A stretch of 61,462 nt of DNA from positions 1 through 61,462 of the IMG/VR virus record IMGVR_UViG_3300034168_000141. One strand, written 5' to 3'. The position numbers and the translations under genes are program-made. Source of the DNA: a virus. Taxonomy: Duplodnaviria; Caudoviricetes. This document shows positions 33,648-43,461 of the stretch, piece after piece (the first letter of the stretch is position 1; every line of letters begins with the position of its first letter). The notes under the pieces are model-generated. The model was given only the letters and a program-made list of their open reading frames with translations, made no database searches and was not told the origin of the DNA.

Positions 33648-34911
33648 ACGTTTGACCGTTACGCTTTACGCTCAACGAAGGGTCTAGTTTCAACATTCTA
33701 TCTATTATCACTTGACAATACTTTGGGTCGAGTTCCATTCCATAACACTTGCGATTAAGTTGGTGCGCTGCAACCATTGTTGAACCCGAACCCAAGAAAG
33801 CATCTGCAACTATTTCATTTTCTTTTGAGCTGTTTTGAATTAATGGAGCCAATAAAAGTATTGGTTTCATTGTTGGGTGTTCTGTGCTTCTAGTTGGTTT
33901 GTCGCAATGTATTATTGTTGACTTGGTTTTATCGCTTAGCATTTCAGTAAGCATTTTTTTCATTTCGTCTTTTGTAAGTTTTTTAATATCTATCTTGTCT
34001 TCTATTACGGTTGTATGATTTCTTTCGTTTGTAAAATAATGAGCAGCTCCTTCCTTCCATCCGTATAAACAAAGTTCGTGTTTCCATTGGTAATCTTGCC
34101 TTCCCATAACCATTGAATTTTTGACCCACACAAGGTATTGTTTTAATAAAAGTCCTGAATTTCTCATAGCTGTTGAGAAGTTTGCGGTTTCTGTCGAGGC
34201 GTGCCAAACATACCAAGCACCGCCCTTTTTTGTGTAGCTTCCTAACGCTGTGTAAAAATCATATAAAAATTGGTAGAAATTGGAATCGGACATATCATCA
34301 TTTTGTATTGTTAAAGCGTCCTTTGTTTTTCCAATGTAAGCAATATTATACGGAGGATCAGTCATAACCATGTCGCAAAGTTTTTCATTCATTACTTTGT
34401 CCCAAGTGTCTACTTGTGTACTATCTCCACACAACAAACGATGTTCGCCTATCTCAAATAAATCTCCAATTACAATGTTGGTATTTATTTCATCTGGTAT
34501 TTCGTAATCATCTTCTTCAACTTCTATTTCTTCTTCAACTATTAAATCTGAAGGCAAGTCTAAACCCCACTGGTCCAATTGTTCCGCGTCCCATTCGTTT
34601 GCTAACGCATCCCAGTCCCATTCACCAAAACCAACATTGTCTTTAATAATAAAGGCGCGTTGTTGTTCTTCGTTTAATTCAGATGCTTTGATAATTGGTA
34701 TTTCTTTAAGTCCTGCTTCTTTGCACGCTTTCAATCTCATGTTACCACCAAGAACAATCATATCTTCATTTACGACTATTGGACGTAATTCCAACATTTG
34801 TGGAAGTTCTTTGATTGAAGCAACGAGTTTCTTGAATTTATCGTCCTTAATAATTCTTGGATTATTAGGATTAGATTTTACTTCGTTGATAGGGACAGTT
34901 TGTGTCTTCAT
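33628..34911 (-). CDS. ParB-N domain fused to N6/N4 DNA methyltransferase
   Basis: NPNNPR...LRPIVV...GGNMRLKA; LLCGDS, TDPPY, HPTMKP, DAFLGSGST, GMELDPKY. Confidence 0.9.
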   Translation of the reverse strand: MKTQTVPINEVKSNPNNPRIIKDDKFKKLVASIKELPQMLELRPIVVNEDMIVLGGNMRLKACKEAGLKEIPIIKASELNEEQQRAFIIKDNVGFGEWDWDALANEWDAEQLDQWGLDLPSDLIVEEEIEVEEDDYEIPDEINTNIVIGDLFEIGEHRLLCGDSTQVDTWDKVMNEKLCDMVMTDPPYNIAYIGKTKDALTIQNDDMSDSNFYQFLYDFYTALGSYTKKGGAWYVWHASTETANFSTAMRNSGLLLKQYLVWVKNSMVMGRQDYQWKHELCLYGWKEGAAHYFTNERNHTTVIEDKIDIKKLTKDEMKKMLTEMLSDKTKSTIIHCDKPTRSTEHPTMKPILLLAPLIQNSSKENEIVADAFLGSGSTMVAAHQLNRKCYGMELDPKYCQVIIDRMLKLDPSLSVKRNGQTYAKTEQ

Positions 34912-35196
34912 ATAAGTTAAATATATTATTGTGCTAATTTACTTCAGTTGTTCCTTTTGTGTCACTAAACTTATTGACTGTCTTAAATGTGCAAAGAAAA
35001 CAAAACAAACAAAAACAAAAAGGTAAAACAAAAAGAAAGAAAAGAAAAAGTCTCCCCAAGAAAAACAAACTGTCTTTGCTCTTAAAAGAGCAGTTGCGCG
35101 ATCCAAGCATTGATGTATTGCAAGTGTAGTCATTGGTTACTTCGCTGTGACTTACGAAGGAGGTTGTTGTTCTTATCCAGTTTGTTTCATTTACTT

Positions 35197-35266
35197 AAAA
35201 AATATACCCCCAATTGTTTCTAGCCGCCAAGCAAAAACAAAAGGGGGTAATAAGTTATTACTTGGC
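35197..35266 (-). ncRNA. Candidate structured small RNA or attenuator leader, homologue of 4131-4214
   Basis: TATATTTG, 4 nt, GCCAAG ... CCCCC-UU-UUGUUUU/GAAACAA-UU-GGGGG with CUUGGC in the loop, then UAUAUUUUUU. Confidence 0.65.
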
Positions 35267-35270
35267 TATA

Positions 35271-35278
35271 CAAATATA
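35271..35278 (-). promoter_or_regulatory. -7 element TATATTTG
   Basis: TAnnTTTG consensus, syntenic with 4219-4226. Confidence 0.7.
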
Positions 35279-35318
35279 CGTTTGTACTTCTAAAAGTTGC
35301 CTAAGAAGTTTTAAGTTC

Positions 35319-35759
35319 TTAATTGTTCAAATCAACATCGACATCTTTCATTGATTCAAGAAACGTATTGATGTCTTTCTTAACGCAAGGCGGACACGTT
35401 GAACGCTCGTTGAACGCTCCTGTGGCTTTATCCTTAAAATAATAAAACTTTAACATATCTTTCTGCTCTAAACGTCCCTGAGCCTTCATATCGAGCAAGA
35501 ATCGTTTGAACTCTATTTGTTCGTCCATTGAAAGAACACCGTTCCATTTAGACGCTGGACAAGATGCGAAGGCGAGTTTTGCTTTGACTGGCATGACACA
35601 ACCACATAACTTAATTGACTTCTTGCGGAATAGAACTTCAGTTTCTACTTCGTCGCCTAAAATTAAAGTACCGCACGACTGCGTTGAAGGTTCGAAGAAT
35701 TTGCAAGCACGACAAATGTCTAACCTGCGTTTGTACTCATTGTGTTTTGCGAATAACAT
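35319..35759 (-). CDS. Cys-rich putative Zn-binding protein (DUF6171-like)
   Basis: RLDICRAC...CG...CGC...SCPASKW; homologue 4451..4966. Confidence 0.7.
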   Translation of the reverse strand: MLFAKHNEYKRRLDICRACKFFEPSTQSCGTLILGDEVETEVLFRKKSIKLCGCVMPVKAKLAFASCPASKWNGVLSMDEQIEFKRFLLDMKAQGRLEQKDMLKFYYFKDKATGAFNERSTCPPCVKKDINTFLESMKDVDVDLNN

Positions 35760-36240
35760 TTGCTCTTATTTTTTGTTTGATATTATCAATGGTTCGGTAA
35801 AGGAATGGAGTAGGTATTCCCGTCTGTTTGGATAGTTCACGATAGGTAAAATCTTCAAGTATGTATTCCTGAAAGATAAGACGCTCAAACTCGCTCAACC
35901 TACTTATAAGAATATCCAGTTGCTCGTTGGTCATTCGTGCGCCGAGCCAAGTCTTGTCCACTTCGTGCGCATAGTCTTTGAAGTCGCGGCGGTTTCTATT
36001 CCAGGCTATTGTTTGTTTATAGAAAGGCGACGTTGGACTGTTGACCGACAAATACATAACGCGAATAAGATAAAACTCAAAGTCGCCTGTGTCAATTAGG
36101 TTTTCAATGTGTTTACTACCAAACATAGAAAGCAAAGAGTCGTGCAAAAGATCCTCGTAGTAATCTTCGCCTCGCGAAATGTTCTTCGCAAGTTCTTTGA
36201 ACTTTTTATAGTTACCTTCTATGTAGTGGTCAAGTGTCAC
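35737..36240 (-). CDS. Sigma-70/ECF-like sigma factor
   Basis: EDLLHDSLL; region-4 HTH TYRELSKQTGIP. Confidence 0.75.
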   Translation of the reverse strand: MTLDHYIEGNYKKFKELAKNISRGEDYYEDLLHDSLLSMFGSKHIENLIDTGDFEFYLIRVMYLSVNSPTSPFYKQTIAWNRNRRDFKDYAHEVDKTWLGARMTNEQLDILISRLSEFERLIFQEYILEDFTYRELSKQTGIPTPFLYRTIDNIKQKIRANVIRKTQ

Positions 36241-36647
36241 ATGTTAAAGTATTCGTCTATTATCTTTATAGCTTCCTCGCTACCTTTACAAATATAAGAA
36301 CAATAACCTCTGTTTCTTAATTGTTCCTGCCAAGCTATTTGCTCGGGTTCTATTTTACTTCCCTTTACTTTCTTCATTTCAATTGCAAGACCGTGAAATT
36401 GACCGCGCGACTCGTATATGAATAAGTCTGGAAACCCTTTGACATATCCTGCCTTTGCCATTTTGATTCTTTGCGAATCGCTTGTCCACATTCCACCTGC
36501 TGAAGCACAATACAACGCGTCGGGGTATGCTAAACGAAGGTACTTAATTACTATTTCTTGTTGGTTTTGTTCCGATTCGGGTGTTATTTTACGCTTCACA
36601 ACACTTTTTTTATAAGTTTTCTTAAAAGTTTTCACGTTCATTTTCAA
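36237..36647 (-). CDS. VRR-NUC domain nuclease
   Basis: ALYCASAGG...KGFPDLFIYE...AIEMK. Confidence 0.85.
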   Translation of the reverse strand: MKMNVKTFKKTYKKSVVKRKITPESEQNQQEIVIKYLRLAYPDALYCASAGGMWTSDSQRIKMAKAGYVKGFPDLFIYESRGQFHGLAIEMKKVKGSKIEPEQIAWQEQLRNRGYCSYICKGSEEAIKIIDEYFNM

Positions 36648-36682
36648 TTAGTTAGAAATTATTTTCAATTTATTTTCATTTT

Positions 36683-36716
36683 TTTGTTGTGTATTCAAAA
36701 GTTTAGCATATATTTG
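36683..36716 (+). promoter_or_regulatory. Early promoter of genome B (TTTG ... TATATTTG)
   Basis: -7 box at 36709-36716 at the strand switch, upstream of the early operon. Confidence 0.75.
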
Positions 36717-36751
36717 TCAAACAATTAACAACAACACCAAAGATACACAAA

Positions 36752-36976
36752 ATGAACACAACGAAAACAAACAGAGTTAAAGAAGTAATTTCACAAGTAG
36801 CAGGAATCGCAGTTGACTTTACAATCAGAGGCGAAAAGTCTTTCACATTTCACTTTGAAGGAAAGAACGAAAGAGCAATGAACAGAATTGCAAACTATTT
36901 TATTTCAGGCAACGCATCGGTTCAATCAGAATACGATTCAGAAATCGATTACACTTGCATCTTTATTGAAGCATAA
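36752..36976 (+). CDS. Hypothetical first early protein
   Basis: ORF with A-rich leader. Confidence 0.7.
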   Translation: MNTTKTNRVKEVISQVAGIAVDFTIRGEKSFTFHFEGKNERAMNRIANYFISGNASVQSEYDSEIDYTCIFIEA

Positions 36977-36997
36977 CAACTAAAACCAAATAATCAA

Positions 36998-37111
36998 ATG
37001 AAAAAACAACTACTGTACATCGCGCTTCTATTCGGAGCAATGTTAATCGCAGGAACGATTGACGAACAAACAAGAATCTTAGAACAACAACCAAACACAA
37101 CAAACAAATGA
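36998..37111 (+). CDS. 37 aa single-TM early peptide
   Basis: Manual translation MKKQLLYIALLFGAMLIAGTIDEQTRILEQQPNTTNK; homologue 12296..12412. Confidence 0.8.
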   Translation: MKKQLLYIALLFGAMLIAGTIDEQTRILEQQPNTTNK

Positions 37112-37278
37112 AAGTAGAACTAATTCAAAAAACAACGTTGACCGATATGTACTACAAGATTGTAGTCAACGGAGAGTTTCATATGTCGTACAACGACTAC
37201 GACGAAGCGGTGCGCGCTTACGACAAAATCAAGTCAGCCATTCCACGCGAAGAAGTAATCTTATCAAAAGAAATTTAA
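37108..37278 (+). CDS. 56 aa hypothetical early protein
   Basis: Manual translation MKVELIQKTTLTDMYYKIVVNG...VILSKEI; homologue 12111..12293. Confidence 0.75.
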   Translation: MKVELIQKTTLTDMYYKIVVNGEFHMSYNDYDEAVRAYDKIKSAIPREEVILSKEI

Positions 37279-37292
37279 AACCAACAAACAAA

Positions 37293-37520
37293 ATGAACAA
37301 TGAAAAACATCTTTACACAACCCCGTTCTTATTTGAAAACGACGTTAAACTCATTATGGATTCAATCATGCAAACCCAAGATTATTGGGGTAGCAAGAGA
37401 AATGGAACACTGGCTTGGGATACGTTTTGTCAAAGTCGAATTGACGAACTTGAACCACTACTCAACAAACTTGATTCAACATCTTGGAAAGAACTACCAG
37501 AGCCAACAAAAGAAATCTAA
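37293..37520 (+). CDS. Hypothetical early protein
   Basis: ORF with A-rich leader. Confidence 0.65.
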   Translation: MNNEKHLYTTPFLFENDVKLIMDSIMQTQDYWGSKRNGTLAWDTFCQSRIDELEPLLNKLDSTSWKELPEPTKEI

Positions 37521-37656
37521 CTTTATTTGCGTTTCTTCGTCAGCGTCAGCGTACAACCTAACACACAACGAAGTCGCAGCCAACATTGAGAAACATCAAA
37601 AACTTTCGGAAGCGCGTTGGAACGACAACTTAATTGAATATATTTGTAACCACTAA
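37300..37656 (+). CDS. Hypothetical early protein (true start probably downstream)
   Basis: 3' part similar to 11477..11725. Confidence 0.45.
   Translation: MKNIFTQPRSYLKTTLNSLWIQSCKPKIIGVAREMEHWLGIRFVKVELTNLNHYSTNLIQHLGKNYQSQQKKSNFICVSSSASAYNLTHNEVAANIEKHQKLSEARWNDNLIEYICNH
37639..37646 (+). promoter_or_regulatory. Internal -7 element TATATTTG
   Basis: Consensus box 24 nt upstream of the ATG at 37671. Confidence 0.55.
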
Positions 37657-37670
37657 AAATCAAATAAACT

Positions 37671-37961
37671 ATGTACTGTCCTAAAATCACTTACTGCTTT
37701 AACGATGACGATATACGCACGTTGAACGAAAGAATTAAATCAATCGCAAACAACTACAACGACGACCGCACAGGCTGGTTTGAAGTAGACGAACAACAAC
37801 ACCTGACATTTGTAGACGAACAAGACAATATGTACACAATCAGTTTGCGCGGTCGCTTCTGGAAGAACGACGATCCTGAATTTGACTTGGACTACGTGAC
37901 GTTAGAAAAGGACGGTGTTTCGTTTAGCTTCGACATTAACATTTTTGATGACCACGTGTAA
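37671..37961 (+). CDS. Acidic hypothetical protein
   Basis: ORF; its start region is the best match to the 51291-51363 sRNA. Confidence 0.7.
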   Translation: MYCPKITYCFNDDDIRTLNERIKSIANNYNDDRTGWFEVDEQQHLTFVDEQDNMYTISLRGRFWKNDDPEFDLDYVTLEKDGVSFSFDINIFDDHV

Positions 37962-38752
37962 TGGGTTACTTCAAACGGATAAACGAACAATCCGACATTC
38001 ACGACAGTCAGTTGAGGCATATCCAAAGCGACCACGAACTCGCTATAAAGTTCGAAGAATACTTAAATCAATTTAATAACAACAAAATAAACAACAACAT
38101 GAGCATCATTGCACAACAAACAAACAACGGCGGCGGCGGACAAACAGTACCTGCTGGAACACACGTAGCACGCTGCTACCAAATCATTCACATCGGAACA
38201 ATCCTCGACACCTTTCAAGGTGAGGAGAAGTTAGTTAACAAAGTTCGTTTGGTATTCGAACTACCTTTAGAAACCGCCGACTTCGGTAAAGGTGAACAAC
38301 CATTCTCAATTGGTCGCGACTTTACTTTGTCTATGCACGAAAAGAGCGGACTGAGAGCCTTCGTTCAAGGTTGGTTAGGCAAAGCATTCAGCGACGCAGA
38401 AGCTAATAAATTTGACATCGCAACGCTGTTAGGTAAGGAAGGAATGGTGAACGTAATGCACCGCACCGCGAACACAGGACGCACCTACGCAGACATCAAA
38501 GGTGCTTCGCCACTTGTTAAGGGTATGACTTGTCCCCCATTGGTGAACTCGGCTTTCCTTTTGGACTACGATAGCGAAGATTTTGACTTGCGTTTTAAGA
38601 TGTTACCAGAGTGGTTGCAAAACAAGGTCAGCACGTCGGCTGAATTTAGCAACCGATTGGACCGCGCTGCGGATCAAATGAACAAGGCAAAACAGATGCT
38701 TGAAAAAAGCGGTTTAGTTTCTACTGACGAAACAGACGATATGCCATTCTAA
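37961..38752 (+). CDS. Putative SSB / recombination-replication protein
   Basis: VPAGTHVARCYQIIHIGT core, acidic tail TDDMPF; second start at 38099. Confidence 0.55.
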   Translation: MGYFKRINEQSDIHDSQLRHIQSDHELAIKFEEYLNQFNNNKINNNMSIIAQQTNNGGGGQTVPAGTHVARCYQIIHIGTILDTFQGEEKLVNKVRLVFELPLETADFGKGEQPFSIGRDFTLSMHEKSGLRAFVQGWLGKAFSDAEANKFDIATLLGKEGMVNVMHRTANTGRTYADIKGASPLVKGMTCPPLVNSAFLLDYDSEDFDLRFKMLPEWLQNKVSTSAEFSNRLDRAADQMNKAKQMLEKSGLVSTDETDDMPF

Positions 38753-38759
38753 ATAATAC

Positions 38760-38784
38760 GAGAGGGTTGAAATATACCCTCTCT
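38760..38784 (+). terminator. Hairpin after SSB-like gene
   Basis: GAGAGGGT...ACCCTCTC inverted repeat; weak U-tract. Confidence 0.55.
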
Positions 38785-38813
38785 AATTTCAAAAACCACA
38801 CAATCAAAACACA

Positions 38814-39107
38814 ATGAAAAAATTAGTATCACTTGAAAACCGCGTTGAGAAACTACTTAAGAAGTACAAATTTCTCCGCAACAACAACAACGCACTTTGC
38901 GTGAAAGTTTGGGAACAACAGTTCGACGAACGCAAGGACATTACAAGCAACTTCTTTGCTATGTACGAAAGCGGCAAGTACGTCAGCGCGGACAACATCA
39001 CACGCATAGCACGACTTGTTAAGCAATACAATCCAGAACTACGCGGAACAAATGACAAAGACAACAAGAAGAAAGCGCAACTAATCAAACCACTATTAAG
39101 AAAATGA
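38814..39107 (+). CDS. Basic hypothetical protein
   Basis: ORF with A-rich leader. Confidence 0.7.
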   Translation: MKKLVSLENRVEKLLKKYKFLRNNNNALCVKVWEQQFDERKDITSNFFAMYESGKYVSADNITRIARLVKQYNPELRGTNDKDNKKKAQLIKPLLRK

Positions 39108-39523
39108 AAACAAGAAAAGAATTTAACATTGCAAGAGTTCGTGAATTTTGCAAATTAGTAAATGAAGGAATAAAACCTCACCACGCATTGACACAAATGA
39201 ACGCGTGTAGCGGTTACGTTAGACCACTAAAAAAATCGGGCTTATACTGGAAAGAAAAAAACGGAACGTATAAAGCCGTTGAGCGTATCCGAGCAGATCG
39301 TTATGAATTGTTTGTTAAAGCTAAAAACGAATACAACAAAATGAACTACTTAAAGTATGAAAAGCAATCTATTGAAAAGAAAAGGTCTTATACCAAATTC
39401 GTAAAACAAGCAACGCTTTTCAATCAGGCAAAAGAACCAAAACAAAAGACAACAATACCAGTTCGAAAAAAAATACAACTGTCCTTCATTCAACGCGTGG
39501 TAAAATCACTTTTTAAACTATGA
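39104..39523 (+). CDS. Hypothetical early protein
   Basis: Homologue 9764..10168. Confidence 0.75.
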   Translation: MKTRKEFNIARVREFCKLVNEGIKPHHALTQMNACSGYVRPLKKSGLYWKEKNGTYKAVERIRADRYELFVKAKNEYNKMNYLKYEKQSIEKKRSYTKFVKQATLFNQAKEPKQKTTIPVRKKIQLSFIQRVVKSLFKL

Positions 39524-39759
39524 ACAAACAAATCTATAAAACGCCCTTCGGTCGCCTTGTTAAGATAAACTTTAAGACAATGCAGAACTTCAAGAACGTT
39601 CTCCGCATCAGCGATCCAACGGCACGACTTTACGTTACGCATCCAGAACGAATGAGAATCAAAGACTTCAACAACATCTGTTTGCACACAGGATTGTCGC
39701 GCGAAGAAGTATTTAGCACCTTTACACCAACCAAATTAATAAACGAAGAAAATGACTAA
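39520..39759 (+). CDS. Small HTH protein
   Basis: FKNVLRISDPTARLYV; homologue 10674..10907. Confidence 0.65.
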   Translation: MNKQIYKTPFGRLVKINFKTMQNFKNVLRISDPTARLYVTHPERMRIKDFNNICLHTGLSREEVFSTFTPTKLINEEND

Positions 39760-40285
39760 CGAACAGATAAGAAACGAAGTGCTTGACATGATACCATTCA
39801 GACACATGGAACGCTTCGAAACACTTTGGCTTATGCTGACGCCACGCTACGAAAGATTGACGACGGAACAAATAAAGATGCAACAAGAACTGGAGAATGA
39901 ACGTGAAATGTTTTGGTCAGCATTGGAAGATATAACGTGCAGCGTGTTGGGAATACCTTCGCAAGCGTTATACACACCAACAAGACGACGTGAGATTGTA
40001 ACAGCAAGACAAGTTATATTCTTTCTTATTCGTCCTTGCTACCTTCAAAGCTACGAATCAATAGGGAAGCACTACGGCAAGGATCACGCAACGGTTATGC
40101 ACGGAGTGAAGCAAGTAAGTTGGCAAATTGAGTGCGACAAGAACTATGCAGCCAACGTTGAACGCATCTGTTATTTATTAAATGATATGGGTTATGCTAA
40201 ACCAATAAAATTTTACACTAAATTTGTCGAGCATCTGGAACATCAAAAACAAATCAAACTTAAAAAACAACTAAAAAGAAAATGA
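39752..40285 (+). CDS. DnaA C-terminal (domain IV) HTH protein
   Basis: RRREIVTARQVIFFL...SYESIGKHYGKDHATVMHGVKQV. Confidence 0.8.
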   Translation: MTNEQIRNEVLDMIPFRHMERFETLWLMLTPRYERLTTEQIKMQQELENEREMFWSALEDITCSVLGIPSQALYTPTRRREIVTARQVIFFLIRPCYLQSYESIGKHYGKDHATVMHGVKQVSWQIECDKNYAANVERICYLLNDMGYAKPIKFYTKFVEHLEHQKQIKLKKQLKRK

Positions 40286-40485
40286 AATCAGAATTAATCT
40301 TTTGTCCGAATTGCGAAAGCAAAGAACTCGGAGAGCGAGTTGATGAAATCTTACGTGACCAACAGCTTGAAGATTGGGACACCGCCTACGAATTTGTTGA
40401 CGACGAAGGAGAAATCAAAGTGTGCTTCGATTGTCAGGACTGGGACGACGCAGACGACGACGCAAAAGGTGAGGGTTGGGACTAA
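40282..40485 (+). CDS. Small acidic Zn-ribbon protein
   Basis: CPNC...CFDC. Confidence 0.65.
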   Translation: MKSELIFCPNCESKELGERVDEILRDQQLEDWDTAYEFVDDEGEIKVCFDCQDWDDADDDAKGEGWD

Positions 40486-40497
40486 ATAAAAAACAAA

Positions 40498-40890
40498 ATG
40501 ATGTTAATACTACAACTAAAAAAGAGAATTGAGATTCTCGAAGCGCAGGTTCAACAATTGTTGACAGCGCAAACAACACCAACGCTAATCGCAAAAGAAA
40601 AGAAGTCGCCATTTGTCAAACCAACTGTTGTTGAAATCTACGATTATGCCTGTGAGAAATTAAGCAACGACGACGCATTGAAATTCACCGAGAAATTCCA
40701 CGCACACTACGAAGCAAATGGCTGGAAGGTCGGACGCAATCAAATGAAAGACTGGAAGGCTGCCGTTCGTAAGTGGGACTTATCTACCTTTGTAACTACA
40801 AACCAAACTACAAAAATCAAAAATGGAAAATTCGACTCCGATGCTGCGCAACGCATCTACAACGACGCTCACAATTACACAAAGGGTTGA
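40498..40890 (+). CDS. Replication-initiator-like protein
   Basis: FVKPT...HYEANGWKVGRNQMKDWKAAVRKW. Confidence 0.6.
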   Translation: MMLILQLKKRIEILEAQVQQLLTAQTTPTLIAKEKKSPFVKPTVVEIYDYACEKLSNDDALKFTEKFHAHYEANGWKVGRNQMKDWKAAVRKWDLSTFVTTNQTTKIKNGKFDSDAAQRIYNDAHNYTKG

Positions 40891-41578
40891 TCGTGCGGAA
40901 CGTGAAAGCGCGTTTGTTGCCGACTACGAACTCCCTGCATTCGTTAAGTTATGCTCAAAGGTCTGCGCTATGTACGGCATCGCACTTCCTGAAGCGCAAC
41001 TGTTGCAAATGTTGCATGAGTTCATAGGCAAGCACTTTCGTTGGGTTACGTTCGAACACTTCAACCTCGCGTTTGAATTGAACGCAGCGAATGAGTTAGA
41101 CAAAAAGTGTGAGCATTATGGAGCGTTAAGCGTGTCGTTTATAGGCGACGTGTTAACGGCTTACAAACCACACCGCGACAAGGCGAACCTGCAAATTCAG
41201 AGAGAAATTGCGGAACAAAAAGAAGAACAAACCAAACAATTAAAGGAAAGCGAAATGGCGGTAAACGATGATAGCTGGAGAAGAATGCTTGCGGAAGACT
41301 TGCAGAACTATAAGAAAGGAAAATATACGGTCATTGAGATTCGTGCGGTGTCGCTTATGCGTTGGCTCGAAGAAAGCAAAATAATAAACGCTGAAACCTT
41401 CACCGAAGAAGAATACCGCCTTTGCAAAGCGAACGCAAAGAAGAACGTGTATTTCGAACAACAACTCGTTCAATCAATGGTTGACCGCATGAGCGACCGC
41501 AAAAGAATGTTGTTGAAGGAATCAATACGTTTCGAAGGTATGCGTGAGTTGTACAAATTATATCTAAGTAAACAATAA
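40823..41578 (+). CDS. Putative replication protein (helicase-loader position)
   Basis: Homologue 8744..9487. Confidence 0.45.
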   Translation: MENSTPMLRNASTTTLTITQRVDRAERESAFVADYELPAFVKLCSKVCAMYGIALPEAQLLQMLHEFIGKHFRWVTFEHFNLAFELNAANELDKKCEHYGALSVSFIGDVLTAYKPHRDKANLQIQREIAEQKEEQTKQLKESEMAVNDDSWRRMLAEDLQNYKKGKYTVIEIRAVSLMRWLEESKIINAETFTEEEYRLCKANAKKNVYFEQQLVQSMVDRMSDRKRMLLKESIRFEGMRELYKLYLSKQ

Positions 41579-41692
41579 AACAATGGACACAAAAGACAAA
41601 ATTTTAGCAGTGATTGGTTTTGTATTATCACTTGCGTTAAACGTTACGATCGTTGGCGGAATTGCCTATATTATTTATCACTTCATTACTAA

Positions 41693-43012
41693 ATGGTGGT
41701 AAACAAACCATACAAACCAAACTACCTGCCGCGTCAGATTGAAGCGTTAAACTACCTGAACACCGATAGTATCGTTGAACAGTTGTTATACGGTGGCGCG
41801 GCAGGAGGTGGTAAGACGAAGTTTGGTTGTATGTGGCAGATTCAACGTCGTTTGAAGTACGCAGGGACACGTTCTCTTATTGGACGTAGCAAATTAGATA
41901 CGTTGAAAAAGACGACCTTAAACACCTTCTTTGAAACGGCTGAGGAGTTTGGATTGATAGCGAATAAACACTACACTTTCAACGGACAATCCAACGTGAT
42001 TAAGTTCTTCAACGGAAGTGAAATTGTTTTGAAAGATTTATTCGCATACCCTTCCGATGTAAATTTCAACAGTCTTGGTTCGTTAGAAATCACAGATTAT
42101 TTTATAGACGAATGTTCCGAAGTAACAGAAAAGGCGGTGAGCATTGTTCACTCCAGATGCCGTTATAAGTTGAACGAGTTCGGGTTAATACCCAAAGGTT
42201 TCTTATCCTGCAATCCTGCGAAGGGTTGGTTGTACAATGAGTTCTACATGAAGAACAACCGCAACGAACTACCTTCACACCGCGCATTTGTTCAAGCGTT
42301 ACCGCAAGACAATCCATTCCTTCCTGTTGCTTACATCGAATCTCTTAGACGCCTTCCTGAATACGACCGCAAAAGACTACTCGAAGGGAACTGGGAGTTC
42401 GACGATGATAGCGACAAGTTGTTTCAAACCGAGAACTTATTGCGAATGTTTCGAAACGAAGTAATCAATGAAGGCAAGAAATACATAACAGCCGACATAG
42501 CGCGTTTCGGTAAGGATAGAACCATTATCTGCGTTTGGGAAGGTCTAACTATCATTGATATAATTGAGCTCAACAGAGCAGCCATTGACGAAGTCGTGAA
42601 CAAGATTCGCGTTGTAATGAAAGACCATTCTATTCTTCTTCAAAATGTTATCGCAGATGAAGACGGCATCGGCGCGGGTGCGGTTGACTATCTGAAGTGC
42701 GTCGGATTTCAGAATGGATCTAAACCCAAACACCCACAATACCAAAATCTGAAAAGCGAATGTTATTACAAATTGGCGCAATACGTCGAAGAAAATAAAG
42801 TCACTATCTTATCCAGTACGCGCAAAGAACAAATCGTTCGTGAACTCGAAATGATTAAGCGACACCGCGCGGACGTGGACGGAAAACTTATGGTCACACC
42901 GAAGGACGTTATCAAGAACCGCGAAGGTATTTCTCCTGACGTTGCCGACGCAATCATGATGCGAATGTATTTCGAACTTAATCCTTCTTATGGACAATAT
43001 GTTGTCGGTTAG
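41693..43012 (+). CDS. terL: Terminase large subunit
   Basis: GGAAGGGKT, FIDE, SCNP, DIARFGKD, SPDVADA; same length as the A copy. Confidence 0.95.
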   Translation: MVVNKPYKPNYLPRQIEALNYLNTDSIVEQLLYGGAAGGGKTKFGCMWQIQRRLKYAGTRSLIGRSKLDTLKKTTLNTFFETAEEFGLIANKHYTFNGQSNVIKFFNGSEIVLKDLFAYPSDVNFNSLGSLEITDYFIDECSEVTEKAVSIVHSRCRYKLNEFGLIPKGFLSCNPAKGWLYNEFYMKNNRNELPSHRAFVQALPQDNPFLPVAYIESLRRLPEYDRKRLLEGNWEFDDDSDKLFQTENLLRMFRNEVINEGKKYITADIARFGKDRTIICVWEGLTIIDIIELNRAAIDEVVNKIRVVMKDHSILLQNVIADEDGIGAGAVDYLKCVGFQNGSKPKHPQYQNLKSECYYKLAQYVEENKVTILSSTRKEQIVRELEMIKRHRADVDGKLMVTPKDVIKNREGISPDVADAIMMRMYFELNPSYGQYVVG

Positions 43013-43036
43013 AATTATTTAGCATACATTTACAAT

Positions 43037-43249
43037 ATGGAAGCAAAAGAAAGGGCAGAAGAACTGTTCAACAAGTATTGCATTTATTTGCGAGCAGGTT
43101 TATTATACGATGACGAGGCAAGGGAAGATGCAAAGCAATGCGCTTTAATTGCAGTAGACGAAAGTTTAGAGTATGTGAATTCTCTTGATAATGATACAAT
43201 AGAATTTCTTATGGATGTAAAACAAGCAATAGAAAAAATAATAATATGA
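43037..43249 (+). CDS. Hypothetical protein
   Basis: ORF in operon. Confidence 0.65.
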   Translation: MEAKERAEELFNKYCIYLRAGLLYDDEAREDAKQCALIAVDESLEYVNSLDNDTIEFLMDVKQAIEKIII

Positions 43250-43461
43250 AAAACACACCACTATACGAGTCTTTAAAAATGACTTACGACAGAGAGCGAG
43301 AAATTGTTAATTCAATTGCAACCTACTTTCAACAAGGTAAGATTCTCGGAGATATTCTTCTGGAACTTTCACAACGAAAAGACTTAAACGCAAAAGAGAA
43401 AATCTACTTAGCGTTAATGATTGGAAGTATGATGTCTAAACCAAACGAAGATGCAAACTAG
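43246..43461 (+). CDS. Hypothetical protein
   Basis: Coupled ORF. Confidence 0.65.
   Translation: MKNTPLYESLKMTYDREREIVNSIATYFQQGKILGDILLELSQRKDLNAKEKIYLALMIGSMMSKPNEDAN

Noticed and set aside
34939-35133. 64 aa Phe-rich ORF
   Set aside because: Translation of a low-complexity T-rich tract; no counterpart in the syntenic region of A.
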